Below, piece after piece: positions 17,930 through 26,904 of a stretch of DNA of 64,000 bases. The DNA is taken from positions 32,716 to 96,715 of the forward strand of contig CBDAFS010000014.1 in assembly GCA_965195285.1 (NCBI GenBank). The letters run 5' to 3'. Each line of letters opens with the position of its first letter. The first letter of the stretch is position 1. Below the pieces are notes generated by a model. That model searched no databases. It was not told where the DNA came from and was given only the letters and a program-made list of their open reading frames with translations. A program made the translations under genes and the position numbers. The stretch comes from an uncultured Aminicenantes bacterium (GTDB lineage Bacteria; Acidobacteriota; Aminicenantia; UBA2199).

Positions 17930-18862
17930 ATGAAAACGAAGCGAGTTTTATCCAGGTTTCTATTTCTTTTTTTCATGGGTTTTCTAACCCTGGTTTTTTC
18001 ACTTGAATCGGTCATTACCGTGGCCTATGCGGCTCCCAGAGAGGGTACTGCCTATGCGAATGCTGCCAAAAAGAAAAAAAAGACCACCAAGAAACCAAAA
18101 AAAACATCCAAAAAATCAAAAACAACCAGCTCAAAATCTTATAAAAAGACCTCACCCTATAAAAAATCGAGCCCATACAAGAAGTCTACCCCCTATAAAA
18201 AAACATCACCCTATAAGAAGACTGCTCCCAAGTCGAAAGCCTACAAGGGGTCGTATTACAAACCAAAACCAACGCATCCCAGTCCCAGTTACCATCCCAA
18301 AAGTAATTACCGGCGCCCCCGTTACGGCAGGGTTATAGCCAAACCGCCGGTTGGATACCGCTCTTTTAAACACCGGGGCCGCAATTATTATTATCACCGG
18401 GGTGTGTATTATGGTCACGGCTCCAGGGGATATACGGTTATTGCCGGTCCGATTGGCTCCCGGATCTATTCCATGCCCACCGGTTACCGGCAGGTATATG
18501 TCCGCAATGTTCCCTACTATTATTACTACGGATCCTATTATCGCTATGATCCGGTTGGCCGGGCCTACATCGTTATTGCTTCTCCCATCGGTGCCGCCAT
18601 TAATTACCTGCCCGAAGGATTTGAGACCCTTTACCTGGGTTCCGATCCCTATTACTATTATCACGGAACGTATTACCGCTTTGATCCGGGCCGCCAGCTC
18701 TATTATGTGGTTCGGAGCCCTGCCGGTTTGATCCATTCCAGTCTTCCCTATGGTTATGAAACCTATTATTACTGGGGCATGAAGCGTTATAGGTGCAGGG
18801 GAGTGAGCTATATCCCCGTCAAGAGAAGGGGGGGAGGTGTCGTCTATCAGGTAATTCGATAG
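17930..18862 (+). CDS. secreted basic Tyr/Gly-rich repeat protein (DUF6515-like)
   Basis: Signal peptide, Lys-rich region, four P.G(Y/F)...YYY..G.YY repeats; AAGGAG RBS. Confidence 0.75.
   Translation: MKTKRVLSRFLFLFFMGFLTLVFSLESVITVAYAAPREGTAYANAAKKKKKTTKKPKKTSKKSKTTSSKSYKKTSPYKKSSPYKKSTPYKKTSPYKKTAPKSKAYKGSYYKPKPTHPSPSYHPKSNYRRPRYGRVIAKPPVGYRSFKHRGRNYYYHRGVYYGHGSRGYTVIAGPIGSRIYSMPTGYRQVYVRNVPYYYYYGSYYRYDPVGRAYIVIASPIGAAINYLPEGFETLYLGSDPYYYYHGTYYRFDPGRQLYYVVRSPAGLIHSSLPYGYETYYYWGMKRYRCRGVSYIPVKRRGGGVVYQVIR
18140..18229 (+). repeat. 5 x 18-nt coding tandem repeat (YKK[TS][STA]P)
   Basis: TATAAAAAGACCTCACCC-like units starting at 18140, 18158, 18176, 18194 and 18212. Confidence 0.9.
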
Positions 18863-18937
18863 GCTCGTCATACATACGGTATAGTTGTTGCAAAAAATAA
18901 TCCTATATGTTATATTATTAATTAAAGGAGAAATAAA

Positions 18938-19087
18938 ATGGCAGAAACAGCATATTGTGTTAAATGCAAAGCAAAATCCGAAATGAAGAATTCACAAAGA
19001 GTTACAATGAAGAATGGCAGGCCTGCAATGAAAGGGACATGTTCCAAGTGCGGGACCGGAATGTATAAGATCTTGCCTTCTAAATAA
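18938..19087 (+). CDS. 49-aa zinc-ribbon protein (DUF5679-like); missing from ORF track
   Basis: AAGGAG RBS; MAETAYCVKCKAKSEMKNSQRVTMKNGRPAMKGTCSKCGTGMYKILPSK. Confidence 0.88.
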   Translation: MAETAYCVKCKAKSEMKNSQRVTMKNGRPAMKGTCSKCGTGMYKILPSK

Positions 19088-19116
19088 AATAATTCAAGTT
19101 TGGAATATTTTTAATT

Positions 19117-20271
19117 TTATTCAAACTCAATCATTACCATTTTTACTCCGGTGATTTGCTCTCTGTCAACTGCTGATGAATAGGCAACACAGGCAACAAT
19201 TTTGTTGCCATCAGGGCCCCAGGAACTGTCAGATACAACAACACGACGCCCTCCCATATATTCGGGATAACCTGGCTCATTAAAGTAGGTCATTCTCTGT
19301 TTTTCTGAACCATCACTGTTCATCAGCCACAGTTCGGTTATCAGGTATTTCTGCCAGCCATCACCCAGAATATCACCCCATGCGATATCAAATTCTGTAC
19401 TGGACATCCAAGCAATTTTTTTGCCATCAGGGGAGTAATGGGCATGTTCATCCCAGTCATCATCACTTTCAGTCAACCTTTTAAGTTCGTTTGTTTCCAG
19501 ATCGAGTTCATAAATATCCAGCCCGATCGAAACCTGTCCGGATAGCAGATTGCCCGAGAATAAAACACATCTGTCATCATTAGAAAACCCGTGACTTTCA
19601 TAAAAACAGTTCTGTTCTCCTGGGGTCAGGGTTTCAATATGGGCCAGGTAAGGATAATCTTGGTTCGTATTAAAATCGGCCAGCTTGAGTACCCAGCCTC
19701 CGCCAAAGCTATTTCCGTAAGACCGCCTCTCTGCCCAGAGCAATTTTTTTCCATTGTGGGAGAACTGCGGATGAATAATGCCAATAGAAGGTTCAGTATC
19801 AGGATGATGTGTTAATCTGAAAAAATCCTCACCTTTCTCGTTCATTACCCATAAATCACAGTTAATTCCTTTTCCAGGTATAGCCCAATTGTCCATTTCA
19901 TACGGGGTGCCCTCCTTTTCAGCGGTAAAAACAATATATTCTCCGGATGGATGCCATGCCGGATTACCGTTATGTTTTTGAGGGCAGCCTTCTCTGCCGT
20001 GAGTTAAATATTGGAGATTGGTTCCATCCGGTTTAATGACATAAACATCATAATAACCATCATACTGTTTGCCTGCAGAAAGAATAAGATTCTTGCTATG
20101 TGACCAATCCAGACTCTTGCCATATTCTACAATTGTTGTAATGCTCTTTACCCTGTATTCTCTGGGATCATTTCCATTATCTGTTCCATTATTGTTGTAA
20201 GTACAGCCTATTATTAAAATTATAACCAGCATTGAAGTAATTATTAATCCGATTTTCATTCTGTTTTTCAT
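19117..20271 (-). CDS. TolB-like (PD40) beta-propeller lipoprotein
   Basis: Lipobox IIG-C; PAWHPSG, PQFSHNG, HYSPDG, SWGPDG repeats. Confidence 0.85.
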   Translation of the reverse strand: MKNRMKIGLIITSMLVIILIIGCTYNNNGTDNGNDPREYRVKSITTIVEYGKSLDWSHSKNLILSAGKQYDGYYDVYVIKPDGTNLQYLTHGREGCPQKHNGNPAWHPSGEYIVFTAEKEGTPYEMDNWAIPGKGINCDLWVMNEKGEDFFRLTHHPDTEPSIGIIHPQFSHNGKKLLWAERRSYGNSFGGGWVLKLADFNTNQDYPYLAHIETLTPGEQNCFYESHGFSNDDRCVLFSGNLLSGQVSIGLDIYELDLETNELKRLTESDDDWDEHAHYSPDGKKIAWMSSTEFDIAWGDILGDGWQKYLITELWLMNSDGSEKQRMTYFNEPGYPEYMGGRRVVVSDSSWGPDGNKIVACVAYSSAVDREQITGVKMVMIEFE

Positions 20272-20293
20272 GATTTTATCTTCTGTTTTATTT

Positions 20294-21436
20294 TTAAAAC
20301 TTAATCATCCATATCTGCAGAGAATCTAGTTTACCTGTTTTTTTATTGACAGAAGCTATTTGAATCACTATTCTTTTTCCCTCTTTATCCCAGTCATAAT
20401 CTGATACTAAATATCTTGTATTTAAGTCGGCATTTTTATTCATTTCAGTAAGCTGGACTATATCCCCATTGGTTTTTTTCAAAAAGAGTTCGAGTGCAAC
20501 TGTATCAGGTTTGGAACTTGGTGCGGTCCATGTTGGATCAAACCGGCTGGAAAGAAACACAAAATCTCCTGTTCCTGCGGGTGAGAAAGTTCCATGTTCT
20601 TCCCATGTTGTTGGGCTGTTAATTATGTGAACAAAGTTAGTTCCATCTATTTTAACTGAATAAAGATCATCTACATAAGCTTGTCCGTTTGGTGTGAAAG
20701 AATATGTAAATTCTTCACCGTTATAGAAATCATTTGTTTCATAAAATCCATCCCCATTGGATTTTATTACTGTTGAGTTGATAATTTCCATAGTCTCTGT
20801 ATCAAAATCAGCTATTCTTATCTGCCAACCATCCCAGTGATTTTCGCCTCCGGGTGTACGTTCACCCATGCCTGGAATTTCAACACCCGTAGGAATTCTT
20901 TCTGCAAATATCAATTTTGTTCCATCGTGGCTGAAATGCGGATGAAGCGCGGCATGATTTAGGTCTGTGGTCCAGATACGCTTTGCTCCTGTGCCGTCTT
21001 TCTTTATAATCCATAGGTCATTGTTTATGCCAAAAGAAACATGCTCCATAACTCTGTGTTTAGAGTTTGAGTTTTCAACCTGAATGACAATATGCTTGCC
21101 GTCAGGATGCCATGCCGGCTGGCCAACAAATCCTTTTGGAATAACAGAATCGCATGTAATGCATTGCTTGCCTGAACCATCAGGCCCAACGGTATATACT
21201 TCGGTGTTTTTCAAAATATCATTTGATATGGTGTCATATGCGATCAATTCATGAGCTTTTCCTTTGTACCAGTCAACCCTGCCACCTTTTTCTATGAAAA
21301 GTTCTATGCTTTTTATCTTGTATTCAAAAGTATTATTATCATTATTTGTTCCATTATTGTAGTGAGTACAGCCGATTATTAGAATTATTGTAATCATTAA
21401 TGATATTAATAATCCAAATTTATTTTTGTTTTTCAT
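20294..21436 (-). CDS. TolB-like (PD40) beta-propeller lipoprotein
   Basis: Lipobox IIG-C; QPAWHPDG, HPHFSHDG, WEEHGTFSP. Confidence 0.85.
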   Translation of the reverse strand: MKNKNKFGLLISLMITIILIIGCTHYNNGTNNDNNTFEYKIKSIELFIEKGGRVDWYKGKAHELIAYDTISNDILKNTEVYTVGPDGSGKQCITCDSVIPKGFVGQPAWHPDGKHIVIQVENSNSKHRVMEHVSFGINNDLWIIKKDGTGAKRIWTTDLNHAALHPHFSHDGTKLIFAERIPTGVEIPGMGERTPGGENHWDGWQIRIADFDTETMEIINSTVIKSNGDGFYETNDFYNGEEFTYSFTPNGQAYVDDLYSVKIDGTNFVHIINSPTTWEEHGTFSPAGTGDFVFLSSRFDPTWTAPSSKPDTVALELFLKKTNGDIVQLTEMNKNADLNTRYLVSDYDWDKEGKRIVIQIASVNKKTGKLDSLQIWMIKF

Positions 21437-21453
21437 ATTTAACCCCTATTATG

Positions 21454-21482
21454 TTATACGAGAGATATCTGCAATCCATCCC
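21454..21482 (-). promoter_or_regulatory. candidate ECF-dependent promoter, copy 2
   Basis: GGGATG-GATTGCAGATATCTC-TCGTATAA, 17 nt upstream of ATG 21436; near-identical to 23841-23869. Confidence 0.7.
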
Positions 21483-21485
21483 CAT

Positions 21486-21505
21486 AAAAAAAGACTCCTG
21501 GTCTC
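21486..21505 (-). terminator. small putative intrinsic terminator
   Basis: Minus strand GAGAC-CAGGA-GTCTT followed by a T-run. Confidence 0.4.
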
Positions 21506-21580
21506 AACCGATGATAGTCATCCAGATATTATTGAACCAGCCAGCTCCAGGCGGTTCACGTTAATATATATCAATATGAT

Positions 21581-22816
21581 TTATTTAAAATCCTGGTTAT
21601 TTATTAACTCTTTATACTTAAGTCCTGTTGAGGTATATTTTCCGGCTACAATATTTTTTCCAGCTTCTGCAGAAGAAAGCGCTATGAGCTCTTCCGATGA
21701 TTTCCCACTGACTTCGTCATAATCAAGATATGCAAAGAAATACTTTGTCCAAAATGGAGATACAAATTCAAATTCTTCAACATATGCAAGTTTGGCTATG
21801 ACCTCAAGGAATTTTTGATCCAAAGGTGCCCAGAAGCTGAATACATCTCTGGCAAACATGTCCGTTTCTGTTACACTTCCCAGTTCGGTTTCTGCTGTTT
21901 TGTAAAGCCATGCTTCACTCATTGTTATTGGTTTACCTTTTGATTGGGCAATGTCTGCAATGGTCAATACTCTTTCAAAAAAGTCTCTATTGATAGGGTA
22001 AACATGAGTATCAATATAATCAACATCAGTATTTGCAAAACTTGTTGTGAATTCCTTGTATTTTGGATGCCACGTACCAACTCCTGCGCCAATTTTAACA
22101 TCAGTGATTTGGCTTTCCACAAGTTCATTAAGGACCTCATTTACGAATTCTGTTTGTATTGTAACATCGTTGACAGGTTTTCCTGTCTGTAATGTTTCTG
22201 TATCCGGTTCTATGGTAATGGTTAAGTAGTCAGGATGCAATTCATCTCCAATAGTAATTATCGTTTGTAAACGTCCTGAAAGATACTCTGCTAAAGAAAG
22301 ATCATTGTAAAAGTCTGTTAAATTGAATGTAGAAATTCCTTTTTGTGTGAAAATAAAATGGCTTTCTATAATTAATTTCATACCCCTTGAGTTAACACTT
22401 TCAGCAATCTTTTTATAAAAATCAAGATAGGCATCATGTTCTGCTTGGTCCGTATGAAATGGCGGGTAGAAAAGAGGAAAATTAACAGCTATAACTACGC
22501 CCTCAACACCTAACTCTTCCAAACGATCAAGTTCCAAGAAAGCACCGATAATTCCTCCTGGCTGCAATAGATCTTCACCTCTGTTAGAATTGGCAGCCAG
22601 CAATTCAGCAGCAAAAACAGGGTCATGGTTTTCATTTGTAGGTGTCGGAAAGATATTCTCAAACTCAGTCATTTGAGATAATAATTCATAGTAAAGAGCT
22701 CTAAATTCTACCGGGATTGCATCTTCAGGGCTGTTATTTTCCTGAGTACAGCCACTTATTAAAATTATTATAACCATTAATGATATTAACAATCCCAATT
22801 TATTTCTGTTTTTCAC
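21581..22816 (-). CDS. acidic lipoprotein with putative glycoside-hydrolase-like TIM barrel
   Basis: Lipobox ISG-C; ITIEP, DYIDTHVYP, GKPITMSEAW resemble the GH-A clan acid/base and nucleophile strands (inference). Confidence 0.6.
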   Translation of the reverse strand: MKNRNKLGLLISLMVIIILISGCTQENNSPEDAIPVEFRALYYELLSQMTEFENIFPTPTNENHDPVFAAELLAANSNRGEDLLQPGGIIGAFLELDRLEELGVEGVVIAVNFPLFYPPFHTDQAEHDAYLDFYKKIAESVNSRGMKLIIESHFIFTQKGISTFNLTDFYNDLSLAEYLSGRLQTIITIGDELHPDYLTITIEPDTETLQTGKPVNDVTIQTEFVNEVLNELVESQITDVKIGAGVGTWHPKYKEFTTSFANTDVDYIDTHVYPINRDFFERVLTIADIAQSKGKPITMSEAWLYKTAETELGSVTETDMFARDVFSFWAPLDQKFLEVIAKLAYVEEFEFVSPFWTKYFFAYLDYDEVSGKSSEELIALSSAEAGKNIVAGKYTSTGLKYKELINNQDFK

Positions 22817-22829
22817 AATTCAGATTCTC

Positions 22830-23273
22830 TTATAAAAGTTTTTTCCTTCTTATTATTTTCACATAAATTTCACGTTGCTCAGGTGTAAGTGCTTTTAAAA
22901 ATTTCAACATACATTCAATTGACAAAACTTTATAATCTTTAAGACCTTGAAATGAACGTTCAAGCAAGGTTTTGATCTTTATAGGATCAGGATTATCTTT
23001 AACAACCTCTCTCCAGAACACATTTACATCTACAATGTGTTTCAGACCAATTTTTGAACCTTCAGATTTAAGTTCCCTTTTCATTTGAATAAATTTCTTC
23101 TGCTGATCTTTTGTTAAATCTAATCGCTCTGTTATTATTTGCATTCGGCCTGCAAGTGTAAGCCATTTTTTCATTACTTTACGTGTATGGGTAAAACTAC
23201 CAATAAAAAATATATTAAAACCAACTGAAATTGCTAAAAATATCAATAACAATATTTTATATTTTTTTTCCAT
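22830..23273 (-). CDS. Spy/CpxP/periplasmic sensor-like helical protein
   Basis: N-terminal TM ISVGFNIFFIG; LDLTKDQ and LTPEQR (LTxxQ) motifs. Confidence 0.75.
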   Translation of the reverse strand: MEKKYKILLLIFLAISVGFNIFFIGSFTHTRKVMKKWLTLAGRMQIITERLDLTKDQQKKFIQMKRELKSEGSKIGLKHIVDVNVFWREVVKDNPDPIKIKTLLERSFQGLKDYKVLSIECMLKFLKALTPEQREIYVKIIRRKKLL

Positions 23274-23276
23274 AAA

Positions 23277-23822
23277 TCACCTCCTGTTAATACGTGAATC
23301 CATATAACCGAATCCGGAACCGGAATTATCACCTAATCCGAATGATATTTCTGATATGTATTTTATTGAAATCCGGTTATGATTATAGAATGTATTCTTT
23401 CCAAAATTTATGCCAACTACACATGCAATAACAAAGAGAGCCAAAACAGCAATTAAACCAACAGAATATTTAACATATAAAAATGGATTTTTTACCCATA
23501 AAGGAAGTCCAGTAAACAATTGTTTCGTTTTAGTAATTGGTGTATTTACCAGAGCTTTTGCTCTCTCTATAACTCCTATTGGTGGTTCTAAAACCTTTTC
23601 TTTCCTTAACATACGTAATTCTTTTAATGCCTTAAAACATTCTGAACAAGAAGCCAAATGCTCCTCAACCTCTTTGACCTCTCTTTTAGAAGCCTTATTT
23701 TCTAAATATGCTGCCAGAACATTGTTAGCGGGACATATGGATTTTTTCTTTTTAAAAGCAGATAATCTAAACCTCTGCCATAGATTTTTATCTTTTTTAT
23801 TTATATTTTTTAAAGTATTCAT
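23277..23822 (-). CDS. zf-HC2 anti-sigma factor
   Basis: CP...LAAYLE...VEEHLASCSEC; one TM helix. Confidence 0.85.
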   Translation of the reverse strand: MNTLKNINKKDKNLWQRFRLSAFKKKKSICPANNVLAAYLENKASKREVKEVEEHLASCSECFKALKELRMLRKEKVLEPPIGVIERAKALVNTPITKTKQLFTGLPLWVKNPFLYVKYSVGLIAVLALFVIACVVGINFGKNTFYNHNRISIKYISEISFGLGDNSGSGFGYMDSRINRR

Positions 23823-23840
23823 ATTCCTGGCTCCATTGTA

Positions 23841-23869
23841 TTATACGAAAGATATTCATAATTCATCCC
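23841..23869 (-). promoter_or_regulatory. candidate ECF-dependent promoter, copy 1
   Basis: GGGATG-AATTATGAATATCTT-TCGTATAA, 18 nt upstream of ATG 23822. Confidence 0.7.
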
Positions 23870-23893
23870 TTCAGAGAAATTTAAAGATAAATT

Positions 23894-24442
23894 TTATCCT
23901 GAAGTTTTTAAAAATTTGTATAATTTTTTCAATGCTTTATGTTTTGTACTTCGAACAGTCTGAGCATCAATGCCCAATAGTTCAGAAATTTCAGAAGTAT
24001 CCATACCTTTATCAAAAAGAAGATGTAATACTAAATTTTGACGAGAAGATAACAAAACATAAGGAATATCAATTGAAGGAACCTTAGAATCTTCATAACC
24101 AATTGAATTTACAACTTCATGTTCAATTGATACTGTTTCAGGCTTGCTTTTTCTTAAAAAGTCAATTGCAGTACTTCTTGCAACAATAGTTAACCAGGTA
24201 ACCAAAGAAGCTTTTGTAGATTTATAAGATCTTAATAAGTTATAATCTTTCTTTATAAGACGGATAAACACCTCCTGCACAACCTCTTTTATATCCCATT
24301 CATCAATCTGTTTAATATGAAGAGAAAATGTTTTACAAACCGATGAATAGATAACAGGAGAAAAATGCTCAACAAACACATCCCACTCTCGCTTATCTCC
24401 ATGAACCAATCGTTTAATATTTGTATTTGTTTTTTCAGCCAT
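23894..24442 (-). CDS. ECF sigma-70 factor
   Basis: EVVQEVFIRL, LVTWLTIVARSTAIDFLRK, EISELLGIDAQTVRSTKHKALKKL. Confidence 0.9.
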   Translation of the reverse strand: MAEKTNTNIKRLVHGDKREWDVFVEHFSPVIYSSVCKTFSLHIKQIDEWDIKEVVQEVFIRLIKKDYNLLRSYKSTKASLVTWLTIVARSTAIDFLRKSKPETVSIEHEVVNSIGYEDSKVPSIDIPYVLLSSRQNLVLHLLFDKGMDTSEISELLGIDAQTVRSTKHKALKKLYKFLKTSG

Positions 24443-24479
24443 TTTAGGAGTAAGATGGTCTAGACAAGTTAGACCACCT

Positions 24480-24701
24480 TAACATGCGCCAATCAATTGC
24501 AGTTAATTCCTCTACCAGGGATGGCCCAGATATCATCTTGTTCCGGGGTATTTTCTTTCTCTGCTGTAAAAAAAAATATTCTCCAGATGGATGCCATACA
24601 GGATTACCGTTATGTTTTTGAGGGCAGCCAAATGTGTAGATTGAAAGAAGTATCAATGGAATCATACATCTAATGACATGGTGTTTTCTTTTTGGCTTCA
24701 T
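24480..24701 (-). pseudogene. frameshifted remnant of a TolB-like lipoprotein gene
   Basis: GCPQKHNGNPVWHPSGEY then a shifted frame TAEKENTP...WAIPGRGINC; DNA 24502-24629 closely matches 19861-19989. Confidence 0.75.
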
Positions 24702-24835
24702 ATCCAGAAACCCTTATAAGTCTAAAACAAAATAAATTGATTTTTCTTGCGGTGTGGAATTAAAATAAACCGGTAATTTTTTTCTGGAAAATAATCTGAT
24801 ATAATAAAATTGATTAAATCTTGCAAGGAGAAAAA

Positions 24836-26119
24836 ATGAAAAATGCATTCATCATACCCGTGTTATTGATTTTTGTTTCTGGTTCGGTCCTTTTTTCTGC
24901 TGGACAGCAAAACAAAGCAAAATATGAGCCGAAAAAGAAAGACAAGATACTTCAGGATATAAAGGAGAAACGTGTCCAGCTTCAGAAAGGGCGGGAAGAC
25001 ATTACCGCACAGATTCGTGATCGTCAGGAAAAAGATAAGGAAATTGAGAAAAACCAGAAAAGGGTATTGGTGACTGATATGGCTGGTGTATATCCGCCCG
25101 CTTCACCTGAAGATTTTAGATCCTGTTTTCATTTCCCCCCCATCCCTCAGTATTATACCAATACATGCTGGAGTTTTTCGGCAACCTCTTTTTTTGAGTC
25201 TGAAATTCACCGGTTGTCCGGTCGGAAAATCAAACTGTCAGAAATGTGGTCCCCCTATTTTGAATTAATTGAGAAGTGCCGGCGTTTCATACAGGAACGG
25301 GGAGAATCTTATGTGGCCGGTGGTGGAGAATCCAATTCTGTTACCCGGATGTGGAAAAAGTATGGAATTGTGCCTGCCTCGGTCTACCCCGGAGTGACCA
25401 ATCCCGGGGACCTGCATGACCATGTGTTGCTGATGAAGGAGATTGACACCTATCTGAAATATATCGAGGAGAACGACCTGTGGGATGAGAAAAACAACCT
25501 GAGGCATATCGCCCTGATCCTAGATAAGTATCTGGGCCATCCGCCTGCTATATTTTCCTTTCAGGGGAAACCCATGACCCCGCAAGGGTTCTTAAAAGAT
25601 ACCGGTCTGAAGATGGATGATTATGTGTCGGTGATGTCCACCAAATATTTCCCCTTTTATACCCGGCAGGAGTTCAGGGTCCCGGATAATTGGTGGCATA
25701 GCCAGGATTATATCAACCTGCCCCTGGAGTTGTTTTATAATGTTATTAAAAGAGCCATGAAATCCGGTTATACTTTGATTATAGGAGGCGATGTATCCGA
25801 GCCAGGTAAATTGGGAACCAATGATATTGCTTTTATCCCCACTTTTGATATTCCCGGGAAATATATAAATCAGGATTCAAGAGAATACCGGATAGCCAAT
25901 GGCAGTACCCAGGATGATCATGGCGTGCACCTGATCGGATACAAACGACATAAGGGTCATGACTGGTTTTTAATAAAGGATTCCGGGCGTTCTTCACGCT
26001 GGGGTAAGCATCAGGGGTATTACTTTTTCAGAGGCGATTTTATCAAGCTAAAAATGCTGACCTTTACGGTTCATAAAGACATGCTTGATGATATTTTAGT
26101 TAAAATTAAGAAAAAGTGA
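24836..26119 (+). CDS. secreted papain-family (C1, aminopeptidase C-like) cysteine peptidase
   Basis: QYYTNTCWSFS, DDHGVHLIG, WFLIKDSG; signal peptide; ATG 24836 after AAGGAG. Confidence 0.88.
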   Translation: MKNAFIIPVLLIFVSGSVLFSAGQQNKAKYEPKKKDKILQDIKEKRVQLQKGREDITAQIRDRQEKDKEIEKNQKRVLVTDMAGVYPPASPEDFRSCFHFPPIPQYYTNTCWSFSATSFFESEIHRLSGRKIKLSEMWSPYFELIEKCRRFIQERGESYVAGGGESNSVTRMWKKYGIVPASVYPGVTNPGDLHDHVLLMKEIDTYLKYIEENDLWDEKNNLRHIALILDKYLGHPPAIFSFQGKPMTPQGFLKDTGLKMDDYVSVMSTKYFPFYTRQEFRVPDNWWHSQDYINLPLELFYNVIKRAMKSGYTLIIGGDVSEPGKLGTNDIAFIPTFDIPGKYINQDSREYRIANGSTQDDHGVHLIGYKRHKGHDWFLIKDSGRSSRWGKHQGYYFFRGDFIKLKMLTFTVHKDMLDDILVKIKKK

Positions 26120-26889
26120 TTCAAGAAAACAAGATAGCGGAATATTTCAATGTGGTTCCGGAATTGGTACCCTTTATTCCTGAACTGCTTACTGATTTAT
26201 GGGAGTTAGGGAGTTCTCCGGAATTAATCCTCCAGTGGATTCATGATTTTGATCTTCCACCTGATTTAACCCGGGTATTGGATGTGGGATGTGGTAAAGG
26301 TGCTGTCTCAATCAGTCTGGCTAAAAAATTTGACTTTCAAGTTAAAGGTATTGATTTTTTTGAACCCTTTATAAAAGAGGCGAAAAAAAAAGCCAAAGAA
26401 TTTAATATTTCAACCTTATGTCAGTTTTATCTTGCAGATATGAGAGAGGCGGTTTTGTCTGAAACAGAATACAATATGGTTATACACACAGCTATTGGTG
26501 ATGTTCTGGGTTCCCTGGACCAGAGTATCGGCAAGCTCCGGCAGACTGTGAATGAAGGAGGGTTGATTATTATTGATGATGGTTTTTTAAAAAATTCTGA
26601 AAGAATTGATTTTCCAGGATACAGGTATTGTGGTTCTTACAAAGATACGGTTGATCAGTTAACATCTCATGGAGACCAAATCATAAAAGAAAAGGTTTTT
26701 TCTACAGAAGAAATAAGATTTATCAATCAACAGAACACCGATTGGATCAGTAAAAGGGCTGATAATCTGGCCCGGCAATTCCCCCGGCAGGCTGAGTTAT
26801 TCTATGATTTTGTGGAGAATGAGAAAAAAGAATGTAAAATTCTTGAGCATGATGTGAATTGTGCTGTTTGGATGATACAAAAAATGTAA
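26116..26889 (+). CDS. class I SAM-dependent methyltransferase
   Basis: RVLDVGCGKG, VKGIDFF, ADM, GGLIIIDD. Confidence 0.88.
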   Translation: MIQENKIAEYFNVVPELVPFIPELLTDLWELGSSPELILQWIHDFDLPPDLTRVLDVGCGKGAVSISLAKKFDFQVKGIDFFEPFIKEAKKKAKEFNISTLCQFYLADMREAVLSETEYNMVIHTAIGDVLGSLDQSIGKLRQTVNEGGLIIIDDGFLKNSERIDFPGYRYCGSYKDTVDQLTSHGDQIIKEKVFSTEEIRFINQQNTDWISKRADNLARQFPRQAELFYDFVENEKKECKILEHDVNCAVWMIQKM

Positions 26890-26904
26890 AAAGGTGAAAT
26901 TAAT

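Larger units (their letters stand above)
18870..24800. other. AT-rich accessory island (ECF regulon plus lipoproteins)
   Basis: Visible drop in GC, few CCGG sites relative to the flanks, internal gene remnants; boundaries approximate; no integrase or direct repeats seen. Confidence 0.6.
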
